Source: a virus. Taken from it: a stretch of DNA of 64,000 nt. Within the stretch, counting starts at the first letter, position 1. Each line of letters begins with the position of its first letter. Made by a program: the position numbers and the translations under genes. The notes under the pieces are model-generated. The model was not told the DNA's origin and did not search any database. It was given only the letters and a program-made list of their open reading frames with translations. The stretch covers positions 30,350-94,349 of IMG/VR virus record IMGVR_UViG_3300029286_000018, one strand, 5' to 3'. Positions 7,301 through 15,164 of the stretch are shown here, in pieces.

Positions 7301-10192
7301 AATAAGCGTGCTTCCTTGATTAAGGAACTTAATCAACTAGAGAAGCGTGCTCAGCTTGCTGGTGGACAGATGCCAGCTAATTTAAATCCTGCTGGCATGG
7401 GAATGGGCATGCAGCTTCCAGGTGGAGCAGCTCCCGCTGGTGGTCCAGGCATTGAAGCTCTCACTGGTGAACTACCAATGGATGCTGGCGGTGCTGGTGC
7501 TGATCCTCTTGCTGGAGGAGATATGGGCATGGAAGACGCTGAATCTAAGCCAAAGCCACCAGGTGCAGTTTGCATTGTTTGCGGAGGAAATGACGTTGAT
7601 GTCCAGAGTGGCAAATCGAAGTGCAACGGCCCAGGCTGCGGCATGAACTACACCATCAAGATTGTCCCAGATGCATCCTTGCTTGACAAGATTACAGACG
7701 GAGATGTTGATCAAGAAGATGTTACAGCTGGTCCAGAATCCCCAGAGAAGGGCCTTGGCGGCTATGGTCCAATGGGCGCTCTTGACGCTGGCGCTGCAGG
7801 AATGCCAGCTCCAGCAGGAATGCCAGCAGGCGGAATGGCAGTTGCTGCATCTGCCAAGATCAGTGCTGATACCATGAAGAAGTTTGCATCTCGCCATGCT
7901 TTTGGATCAATCAGTCCAATCACTGGCGCAAGTAACACTATTCGTCTTGACCAGGAACACTGGCAGTGCCTAGATAGTGGTCAGATCTACCGTGTTCGTT
8001 TGGCTGCAAAGCAAAATGATTCAAAGCACGTTTATGCTCAATGGGAATGGGTTCCATTAGTAAAGAAGGCTTCTTGCGCTCCATGTCAGCGTCGTAAGAA
8101 CGCGATTGTCAGCGCTCTTTCTTCAGTTGGAATTTCTGAGAGCAAGTTTGACGGTATGTCTATGACTGACAAGGCAAATGCTTTGAATTCAATTAATGAG
8201 CGTGGATTGCTCGGCACAGTCAAGGAGGCTTCCTCCGATGGTGTGCGCAGCTTCTTTAAGCAGGCATTCACTGTTCACGGTGAATTCCCAATGGAAATGT
8301 GCATACACAAGCTTGCCAATCGCTATGGAGATAACGCTCTTGCTTTGAGCGGTCCATGCGAAGGTAAGAATCTTGCTGAGTGCGTATGCAGTTCTTTGTC
8401 CGATGAGAAGGTTTACACTACCGACTTGGCTCGCAAAGTAGCTTCTGCATGGTCTGAGCGTGATGGAATGTATGAATGCGTCGAAGACTTCGTGCGCGAT
8501 GGCCTTTCATTGAATAAGTCTGCTCAGGCATGTGAAGATCTGAAGACCAAATACATCAGTGCAGAGGAAATGTTTGCAGAAACTATTTCTAATGATGCAG
8601 TTGTTAAGGCTGCTCAGCTTGAAAATGAGGAGCCTATCGAAGAAGAAGATCCATTTGACTCATCAGATGAAATGTCTGATTCTTCTGAGGACGCTGATGT
8701 CGATTTTGAAGACATGTCAGACGATTCTGAAGGTATGGAAGATGACGATTCTGAAATGGACGGCGACGATGATTCGGGTATGCCATCTGGATACCACGAT
8801 GAATCTGAAGGTGGAGATGAAGACGAAAGCGAAGGCGATGAAGATTTTGAAGTTGAGATCAGCCTAGACAGTGGTTCTGCTGATGAAATTGAACACGGTC
8901 TTTCTCAGGTCCCTGAAGAAGAGGGTGGAGAAGAGATGGATTTGGATATGGAGATGTCAGAAGAAGAGATGGACGGCGAGTCCGATCATTCAGACGAGTC
9001 TGGTCATTCAGGTCATTCAGCTCATGAGGAGGGCAGCATGGAAGAATCAGGTATGGTTAGCGAGGCAGACCTTTATAAGGAGTCTCCAAAGCAGGCAAAT
9101 GAACTTGAAAAGTTTGAAAAAGAAGCTCATTCATTGCGTCGTGGTCGCATAGTCGGCGTCAACAAGCTAAACATTGATGTTGACAGCATCCGTGCAGCCC
9201 TCAATAAGAAGGCTGGCAAGGTTGAGCAGACCAGTGCCCAAGATACCGTGAAGGGTATTGCTAACGGCAAGCCTCACTCAGAGAGCACTCAGGAAGGTTT
9301 CGATGCAGAGACTCCAGACGTTCCGACACAGAACGGAAAAGTCCTGAGTAATGAGCATGGCGATGGATTTGATGCTGATATGCCAGAGATCCCATCCGGT
9401 AAGGGTAAGTTCCCAAATGAGACCAATGAAGGCGAAATGCAGGACACTGTAAGTGGTGGAACAGCTGGTCAGGGTTCAAACCATACTGGTAAATACCGCA
9501 AGGCTTCCAATATGTTTGACCAGGCACTTGCCAAACTCGCCAAGGACATGAACCTTGAAATCGGAGCAGCTCAAAATGATCCAGACATCGCACCAATTGC
9601 TGATGGTAAGGCTCATCCAGATGCTGCAACTGAGGAAGGCTTCAGCGCAGATTCGCCAGACGTTCCAGACAATGGTGGAAAGCCACTGAGCTCTGAGCAC
9701 GGCGAAGGATTCAAGGTTGATGGTCCATCAATCCCAGCTGGTGACGGCAAGATGGGGCATGAATCCAATGAAGGTGAAAAACAAAATGGAATCACTGGTG
9801 GTGGGCTCGGTCAGGGCAATCACACCCAGTATAAGTCTAAGAAGGCCAATAGTGCCAATAAAGAGGTTGCATTAAAGCTTGCAGCAAAAATGGTTGAAGG
9901 AGGCTTAATTAAGGCCGACCAGATGCCAGGCAAGATTTCGGAGTTGCAGAGATACGAGGTATCTCAGCTCCGTGACCTCGAGAAGGCGATGTTTAATCGC
10001 CCGAGTGCTATGAAGGGCCTGAAGATTGCGTCGAGTGGGGTAGAGCAGCCACTCGTCATCAGCGAAGCAAGCAGTCACAAAAATGCTTCGGTTGATCTAA
10101 AAGGTAAAATTGCTTCTCTGTTCCGCTTGCAACAGCAGGTCGAAGCGGCAGATGAGAGCGAGGCTGCTAAGTTACGTAGTGCGTTTAAATGA
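4391..10192 (+). CDS. Prohead maturation serine protease fused to a very long scaffold/inner-core polyprotein
   Basis: N-terminal HK97/herpes-clan protease motifs (NDNGDYF, PVFVNH, GSSMG, EDSFVVNPA) with CxxC inserts, followed by ~1,600 aa of helical, acidic and repetitive sequence. Directly precedes the cement and capsid genes. Confidence 0.85.
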   Translation: MDKFTITTERQIEPLNIPQHWDEINISPITKYASNDKVFEERVKGMDLGGFNIVKEVKEHPEHLFVKVFAIKKDEVNDNGDYFSEKELKKAAKTFIGVPVFVNHQNDDIEKARGKVVHAWWDDERGGIYTINMVDKVAYPRLARGIEAGYVTGSSMGCSVKYSACSVCHTRAANAKEYCSHIKERKKKNFTGEHECLYHKSANSGDEPCPVCGSEKGKKKLNKYASQQIFEHNYDVKFIEDSFVVNPACHDCLVSDIINPSALFKKVADIRETISKLGFVVESDSSFGIECSTGQCGLHKAAGKQELNELNDAMNQLERVARSMMAQKNKVSLEYVSDIIKVTADIQKISDELVEMGYAVLPSPTSEQVAYGTNVQASPVVGPSSAVQTPISAMPKPSSGAQPSAQPSLAMPPQQAAPMMKTVPGTVSPQVQDLGDDIGRVTRPNFVPVRADSAKDFIKISNSIMNRLSEIAGVLNINGEFMSENSGYKYTQGDDTIVISSDVDGEIHVAHLNQDRLLKWASIDSFDNETQSLITHNPQQAARKILSSYMNNNNSEESIISMENNNKIAQSQTNDVHEVTTESQLNSVKGLGRRQGEAPTGTTESKEQLGSGKVYFKDVNSESPTAHRGTYDSIVESTLNSKTGGYMARWGSFPEVITEAQWDDLSREVKANIPSDWTSVAKEGQLDALRSTFSWSEPTATTESQLSGKMKKKASAKDLIKVAQSAVADAMAFYGVGIEDIQKSVQFVNSDSSRKFKSKVMVALNAAPWAVNARKAYNSRLASFSKVASEVYGLEPVDAVLAAIGDSLDNNGAEDVLAAVTFVAGNKLAMQQAEDLAVERFESTVSGNSNEEDMFRQAFSELSLPEDGLIKVCMSAQDDLGMDVSGDKSFIDAVHKFAQNMVSENLGKQVEVVPVAVDVDEENGLVEATCKLASKLTDQEKQAFSKWASSAEEATKQAEVIEEVEETKFENKRASLIKELNQLEKRAQLAGGQMPANLNPAGMGMGMQLPGGAAPAGGPGIEALTGELPMDAGGAGADPLAGGDMGMEDAESKPKPPGAVCIVCGGNDVDVQSGKSKCNGPGCGMNYTIKIVPDASLLDKITDGDVDQEDVTAGPESPEKGLGGYGPMGALDAGAAGMPAPAGMPAGGMAVAASAKISADTMKKFASRHAFGSISPITGASNTIRLDQEHWQCLDSGQIYRVRLAAKQNDSKHVYAQWEWVPLVKKASCAPCQRRKNAIVSALSSVGISESKFDGMSMTDKANALNSINERGLLGTVKEASSDGVRSFFKQAFTVHGEFPMEMCIHKLANRYGDNALALSGPCEGKNLAECVCSSLSDEKVYTTDLARKVASAWSERDGMYECVEDFVRDGLSLNKSAQACEDLKTKYISAEEMFAETISNDAVVKAAQLENEEPIEEEDPFDSSDEMSDSSEDADVDFEDMSDDSEGMEDDDSEMDGDDDSGMPSGYHDESEGGDEDESEGDEDFEVEISLDSGSADEIEHGLSQVPEEEGGEEMDLDMEMSEEEMDGESDHSDESGHSGHSAHEEGSMEESGMVSEADLYKESPKQANELEKFEKEAHSLRRGRIVGVNKLNIDVDSIRAALNKKAGKVEQTSAQDTVKGIANGKPHSESTQEGFDAETPDVPTQNGKVLSNEHGDGFDADMPEIPSGKGKFPNETNEGEMQDTVSGGTAGQGSNHTGKYRKASNMFDQALAKLAKDMNLEIGAAQNDPDIAPIADGKAHPDAATEEGFSADSPDVPDNGGKPLSSEHGEGFKVDGPSIPAGDGKMGHESNEGEKQNGITGGGLGQGNHTQYKSKKANSANKEVALKLAAKMVEGGLIKADQMPGKISELQRYEVSQLRDLEKAMFNRPSAMKGLKIASSGVEQPLVISEASSHKNASVDLKGKIASLFRLQQQVEAADESEAAKLRSAFK
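5753..6076 (+). promoter_or_regulatory. Candidate internal promoter and two in-frame internal translation starts in the protease/scaffold gene
   Basis: AT-rich patch with AAGGA (5753) and TATAAT (5779-5784); GGAGAG then ATG 5834; GAGGAG then ATG 6074. Both ATGs are in frame. Confidence 0.5.
9236..9850 (+). repeat. Duplication of a ~92-aa unit in the scaffold C-terminal region
   Basis: AQ..IANGKPH..EGFDAETPDVP..EHGDGF..PEIPSGKGK..NEGE..GQG..RKAS versus AQ..IADGKAH..EGFSADSPDVP..EHGEGF..PSIPAGDGK..NEGE..GQG..KKAN. Confidence 0.85.
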
Positions 10193-10226
10193 CTTGCAAA
10201 TTAATTCTTAAAAGGAGAATATAAAA

Positions 10227-10802
10227 ATGGCTTTAATAGTATCATATCACACAATAGCAACCCAGCTTCCAACAACTTCCACAACCATTGTTGAGGGCAT
10301 GGGCGTTAAGTTCTCTGCTGTATCCGGTGCAGAGTCAAAGGTGGCCCTTGCTGATGCAACTACCTTCACTTTTGGTATCGCTGGCGATAGTTCAGTTTCA
10401 ACTGGTCCAAACAAGCCCTACGGTGCTTCAGTTGTAGTGAACGGCGCTGGCGGAACTCGTGGAACTAGTAACCGTGTTTCTGACTTTTTCAATGAAACAG
10501 TTGGCTCAGGTAAGATCACAGTTTATACTGGTATTGGAGAATTTTACACTGACCAATATAACACTAGTGGTTCATATACACCAGGCGCTAAGTTGTTTAC
10601 CAACAGTGTTGGTAAGTTGACCAATACTGATGGTGGCGGTAACTCAATTGGTTTCACCATGGACGGCCCACGCGCTTATCCAAGCGGTGTTCCTGGCGTT
10701 GATGACGGTGGCGTTACTGGCGCAAACACGACTATTAACGGTAGCTTGTCTTTAGGTAGCTACCTTCGTTTCTACATGAACATTTCTGGTATAGATTTAT
10801 GA
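10227..10802 (+). CDS. Capsid cement/decoration protein
   Basis: Strong AAGGAGA RBS; 191-aa Gly/Thr-rich beta protein immediately before the MCP; GSGKITVY..GEFYTDQY..YTPGAKLF..GKLT pattern. Confidence 0.7.
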   Translation: MALIVSYHTIATQLPTTSTTIVEGMGVKFSAVSGAESKVALADATTFTFGIAGDSSVSTGPNKPYGASVVVNGAGGTRGTSNRVSDFFNETVGSGKITVYTGIGEFYTDQYNTSGSYTPGAKLFTNSVGKLTNTDGGGNSIGFTMDGPRAYPSGVPGVDDGGVTGANTTINGSLSLGSYLRFYMNISGIDL

Positions 10803-10873
10803 TCGTAACTATATATTGGTATTCTCGTTGAGATCAATATATATAATATAAAATTTTGAAAGGATTTACAAAC

Positions 10874-11746
10874 ATGTCACTAAATAAAGATGGTTTGACC
10901 TATGATGAGAAAGAGGCAGTAATTGCCCAAGCTCTCGCTACAGAAGAGGGCCGTACTGCTCTCGCACAGGCAATGGTGGAGCCAATCCGCCGTTCTTTGG
11001 AGTATCAAGCTGTTGGTCGTAAGTTGCTCATGGTTGACGAGCTCCCACAAGGTGCTCTTCCTCGCTATGAGCGCGACGTAGCTTCTACCGCCACTGTCAT
11101 TGCTCGTCAGGGTGCAGTCCCTGACCAGATTCAGCAGGGCGAAGAAGTCCTTGTTCCAACATTCGAGATTGCTGCTCACCCAACAATCCGTTTGTCTGAA
11201 ATCAAGGCTCGTCGTTTCTACATTGTTGACCGCGCCCAGATCAAGGCAAAGGAAGCCATTCAGAAGGAAGAAGATCGCAATATCTTCAACGCTCTGATTG
11301 CTGCTGCCGATACCCGTAATGATCAGGTCGTTGGCAACAGTGGTGATCTTACTACTGATTCACTTAACGTTGCATACCGTTTGATTGAGACCCACGATCT
11401 TGTCGCAAGCAAGGTTGTTGCTCACCCACTTCAGTATGCTCGCTTCCGCGTTTTCGGCAAGACTTTCTACGATGAGGCTACAACTCGTGAAATCCTCACC
11501 ACTGGTCTCTATGGTCACCTCTGGACCGCTGACATTCACGTCAGCTCCCAGCTTGACCCTCAGACCATATTGGTGTGCGCTTCTCCCGACACCGTTGGAG
11601 CCTTCCCAATCCGCCAGGACATCACTGTCCTCCCAGCGGACGATCCGAAGAAGCTTCGCCTCGGTTGGGTAATTTATGAAGAGATCGGCATCGTTGTAAT
11701 GAACGATTACGCTCTCTCGAAGATTGAAGTTTACCGCACAAGCTAA
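10874..11746 (+). CDS. Major capsid protein, HK97 fold (no obvious delta domain)
   Basis: AAGGA RBS then ATG 10874; GRTALAQAMVEPIRRSLEYQAVGRKLLMVDELPQGALPRYERD; EEDR; GWVIYEEIGIVV; strongly biased codons; followed by a terminator. Confidence 0.9.
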   Translation: MSLNKDGLTYDEKEAVIAQALATEEGRTALAQAMVEPIRRSLEYQAVGRKLLMVDELPQGALPRYERDVASTATVIARQGAVPDQIQQGEEVLVPTFEIAAHPTIRLSEIKARRFYIVDRAQIKAKEAIQKEEDRNIFNALIAAADTRNDQVVGNSGDLTTDSLNVAYRLIETHDLVASKVVAHPLQYARFRVFGKTFYDEATTREILTTGLYGHLWTADIHVSSQLDPQTILVCASPDTVGAFPIRQDITVLPADDPKKLRLGWVIYEEIGIVVMNDYALSKIEVYRTS

Positions 11747-11775
11747 TAGCTGGGTAAATATAGGTTTTTTGAATT

Positions 11776-11813
11776 GCGACCCGCTCTCCGAAAGGAGGGC
11801 GGGTTGTTTTTTT
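11776..11813 (+). terminator. Rho-independent terminator after the capsid gene
   Basis: GCGACCCGCTCTCC-GAAA-GGAGGGCGGGTTGT stem with GNRA loop, followed by a T-tract. Confidence 0.93.
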
Positions 11814-11867
11814 GTTGTAAATAATTCTCATAGATAATATGACGACATATTCGTATATGAGGTTTTT

Positions 11868-13517
11868 ATGAGTGAACGCAAGATATTTAACTTTGAATCA
11901 AAAATATTAGATAATGAAACTCTTAGTAAATTTGGATATTATCCAGAATCTATTGGAAGATCATCTGCAAAGTTTGTAGTTGCTATATGTAGATTTTGTG
12001 GATATCAAATGGATATAAGGAAGGGCTTTTATAATAAATCTGGATCGGCTTGTCATAAAGATTGTAAGCTAAAAGAAATGAGTCTTTCTGGGTCCCCATT
12101 TTGTCTTGATAAAACAAGGGAAAAAGCAAAGGTCACAAACTTAAAAAAATGGGGTAATGAATGTCCTCAAAAAACAGAAGTGATTCGCAATAAGATAAGT
12201 GTGTCAAAAAAAGATGCAGAGTATCAAGCAAATTTTAAAGAAACCATGAGATCAAGGCACGGTGTTGATAATCCTGCTAAGATGTCCGATCATGCAGAAA
12301 AAGTTAAGAATACTTCATTAATTAAGTATCAAAAAGAACATTTTAATTTAAATGAATCAGTTCAAGCAAAAAGACAAAACACAAACATTGAAAAGTATGG
12401 ATGTGCTTTTCCTACGCAGAATGACTCTGTAAAACAAAAGATAAAAGATTCTTGGAAACAAGTTGTTTCACAAGACGATGAGAAATATTTTATGTTTAAT
12501 TTTGTTTCTAACTCTAAAGAGCTATGGAACGACATTGAGGCAGGTATGTCTTTATCTGACATATCTCAGCATTATCAAATTGATCGTATTGCCTTAAATA
12601 AAGTTCTTTTAAGTCAGCAATTTAAAAATAAATACCAAAAGATTTATTCGTATCCAAAACATCAAAAACAAAAAGAAATATATGATTACTTAAAATCGAT
12701 TGGTCTATCAGATATTGTTATGGATGATAAAGGTGTAATTGGTTTAGAACTAGATATTTATTCTCCGTCAAAAAAGATGGCAATAGAATTTAACGGTTCA
12801 TATTGGCACTCAGAAGCAATCTTAGATCCTGATATTGCTAGAAAAAAACATATCAATAAGACAAAGATGTGTGGAAAAATTGGTGTTAGGCTAATTCATA
12901 TTTTTGAAAAACAATGGGAAGAAAGAAAGGCTCAATACGAATCCTTTTTGACATCAGCGTTTGGATTGAATCTGGTTAATCTACATGGAAGATCTTGTTC
13001 TATTGATTTTAGTCCTGAGTACTCATTTATGGAAAATTATCACATACAGGGCAAGCCTAGAGGCGTTGAATTTTGGGTAAACTTAAAGTATGATGGAGAA
13101 ACGGTTGGGTCAATGTCTTTATCATCTCATCATAGACAGAATGGATCTGTAAATGAGGCTGTTTTAAGTAGAATGGCATTTAAGGCAGGGGTTACTATTC
13201 GCGGCGGAGCCTCTAGGATGCTTTCCTATGCAATAAAGTTGGCAAAAGCAAACGGATTTGATAGTATTATTACTTGGTCAGATGAAATGATTACAAGTGG
13301 GAATGTATATCAAAAAATGGGATTTATATCAGATAAAACTTATGGTCCAGATTATTTTTATTGGGATTTAAATAATAATCAGTATCGTTCAAAACAGTCT
13401 CAGAAAAAATCTGCAACTGGATGCCCTAAGGATAAGACAGAACGAGACTGGTGTTATGAAAATAATTTATATAGAATGTGGGACTGTGGTAAAAGACGTT
13501 GGAGGATAAAGGTTTAA
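11868..13517 (+). CDS. Free-standing homing-endonuclease-like protein (Hef-like; Vsr/PD-(D/E)xK core plus GNAT-like C-terminus)
   Basis: N-terminal CxxC; about four basic TNLKKWG/TMRSRHG/TSLIKY/TNIEKYG repeats; ELDIYSP..AIEFNGSYWHS..RLIHIFE nuclease core; LSRMA..GGASRML..ITWSD..GNVY..GF..WDCG tail. Confidence 0.75.
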   Translation: MSERKIFNFESKILDNETLSKFGYYPESIGRSSAKFVVAICRFCGYQMDIRKGFYNKSGSACHKDCKLKEMSLSGSPFCLDKTREKAKVTNLKKWGNECPQKTEVIRNKISVSKKDAEYQANFKETMRSRHGVDNPAKMSDHAEKVKNTSLIKYQKEHFNLNESVQAKRQNTNIEKYGCAFPTQNDSVKQKIKDSWKQVVSQDDEKYFMFNFVSNSKELWNDIEAGMSLSDISQHYQIDRIALNKVLLSQQFKNKYQKIYSYPKHQKQKEIYDYLKSIGLSDIVMDDKGVIGLELDIYSPSKKMAIEFNGSYWHSEAILDPDIARKKHINKTKMCGKIGVRLIHIFEKQWEERKAQYESFLTSAFGLNLVNLHGRSCSIDFSPEYSFMENYHIQGKPRGVEFWVNLKYDGETVGSMSLSSHHRQNGSVNEAVLSRMAFKAGVTIRGGASRMLSYAIKLAKANGFDSIITWSDEMITSGNVYQKMGFISDKTYGPDYFYWDLNNNQYRSKQSQKKSATGCPKDKTERDWCYENNLYRMWDCGKRRWRIKV

Positions 13518-13566
13518 TGTTTGTCAAGGAATGTTTTTCATAAATAAATGAGTAATATTTTATATC

Positions 13567-15132
13567 ATGAATTGGTATAAGTTCGCTGCAAAGATATCAT
13601 CATCTATTTCTCCTACTGCAAGTGAAGAAGCAATATTTAAAGTAATTAGAGCTGGCCGAGACGCATACGCTCCAGGTGTGCAGCTTCGAATTGCTGGTGG
13701 TTGGGTACGTGACAGGCTGCTTGGTAGCGTTTCCGATGATATTGATATCGCGGTAAGCGGTGGAGACGGCAATGCTGTAGCTGAAGCAATTAGGCGCTAT
13801 GATGTTGAAAACACTGGTGGTAAGCACACTAAAGATCCTTATGCAGTGAGCTTAGAAAAGACTCAAGCTGGTGATAAGAAAAGCAGCGCAGGTCTTCGAG
13901 TGGGTGCTATTGATATAAATGGCGTCAAAATAGAATTTGTACCAATGCGTACTGAAGTTTATAGTCAAGGAAGTAGAATTCCAGGGATAACAGCCACTGA
14001 TGACCCCAAAGAAGACGTGAAGCGTAGAGATTTGACGATTAACGCAATTTATTACAATATTGATACAGGCAAGGTTGAGGATTATGCTGGTGGCGTGAGC
14101 GACTTGGAAAAAGGTGTTCTTCGAACTCCTGTCAACCCCGTTGAAACACTGAAGGAAGATCCCTTGCGTGCACTTCGAGCATTGCGTTTTCTTTCTCAAA
14201 TGCATGGTTTTGAATTGGATGAATCTTTAGTTGAAGCACTAAAGCACCCAGAGGTTCATAAGGCATATCTTGAAAAAGTTGCCCCTGAGCGAGCCAGAAA
14301 AGAAATAGAAAAACTTGCACTTGGAAATAGGCCAGCCGAAGCTATTAGACATTTCTTTTCCAGCGGTCTATACTTACCTGTTTTTCATCATGATAAACTT
14401 TATGGATTTAAGCCAATACATATGGACCAGAATAATCCAAAGCATCAATACAATCTTCTTGAGCACACTGTTCACGTAGTAAAGAATTTGAACGATATGT
14501 TATTGGAGTCTGGTGTTTCCAAGAATGAAAGATTGGTTGCTGTGCTTTCTGCTATATTTCATGATTTTGGCAAAATGGATCCAGATTTAGTTCGTCCAAG
14601 CAAGTCAATGCCAGGTGCTTCTTCATATCCTGGTCATGAGAATGTATCTGCTGAATTAGCTGTTGATATATTAAAGCGTCTTGGTTTTGGATCTGAAAGA
14701 GATCTTGTAGCCAAAGTTGTTAAGGAGCATATGCGCCCTCATGGTGAAATGCATAGTCCAAAATCAATTGGCAAATTTTTACGTGATTTTGATGATCTTC
14801 CATCTGGTGACGATACAAAACCTCGTCTTTGGTGGCTAACTTTTATGCATGCTATTGCAGATTCTATGAGTAAGGGTGGCATGGACTATCATGAAGACGT
14901 GAAGGGCAAGCACGATCAAATTAAGACAATTGAGCAGTTCATAGAAGAGCGTTCCAAGATTGGTTCAAAACCATTGTTAAATGGTAAGGAAATTATGGAC
15001 ATTTTCCCAGACAAAAATCCTAAGACAGGCTTTATAGCAGATATGCAAAAAGCACTACTTGATGCTCAAGATTCTGGGCAAGTAAAAGATAAAGATGCTG
15101 CAAAACGGTTGCTTCAATCTTTATTCTCTTAA
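13567..15132 (+). CDS. cca: Class II tRNA nucleotidyltransferase (CCA-adding enzyme) with HD domain
   Basis: AGGWVRD..DIDIA (motif A), RRDLTINA (B), EDPLR (D, EDxxR), ERARKE (E); HD residues EHT..FHDFGK..GHE..EHM..AD. Confidence 0.9.
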   Translation: MNWYKFAAKISSSISPTASEEAIFKVIRAGRDAYAPGVQLRIAGGWVRDRLLGSVSDDIDIAVSGGDGNAVAEAIRRYDVENTGGKHTKDPYAVSLEKTQAGDKKSSAGLRVGAIDINGVKIEFVPMRTEVYSQGSRIPGITATDDPKEDVKRRDLTINAIYYNIDTGKVEDYAGGVSDLEKGVLRTPVNPVETLKEDPLRALRALRFLSQMHGFELDESLVEALKHPEVHKAYLEKVAPERARKEIEKLALGNRPAEAIRHFFSSGLYLPVFHHDKLYGFKPIHMDQNNPKHQYNLLEHTVHVVKNLNDMLLESGVSKNERLVAVLSAIFHDFGKMDPDLVRPSKSMPGASSYPGHENVSAELAVDILKRLGFGSERDLVAKVVKEHMRPHGEMHSPKSIGKFLRDFDDLPSGDDTKPRLWWLTFMHAIADSMSKGGMDYHEDVKGKHDQIKTIEQFIEERSKIGSKPLLNGKEIMDIFPDKNPKTGFIADMQKALLDAQDSGQVKDKDAAKRLLQSLFS

Positions 15133-15164
15133 GCAAATCTAGACTTAGTTGCATTACAGCTTTA

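Noticed and set aside
1659-10192. Inteins or introns explaining the long portal and protease
   Set aside because: No C/S...HN splice motifs or LAGLIDADG blocks were seen, and the frames are uninterrupted.
10874-11746. Capsid protein as a cellular encapsulin
   Set aside because: Flanked by portal, protease, cement and a full tail module, so it is a phage MCP.
13567-15132. Poly(A) polymerase rather than CCA enzyme
   Set aside because: The PAP-specific G(R/K)RF signature is not evident and an HD domain is present. A partial CC- or A-adding specificity cannot be excluded.
15133-15164. Bidirectional terminator between cca and the antisense gene
   Set aside because: Only a weak, interrupted GCAA..TTGC stem; not enough support.
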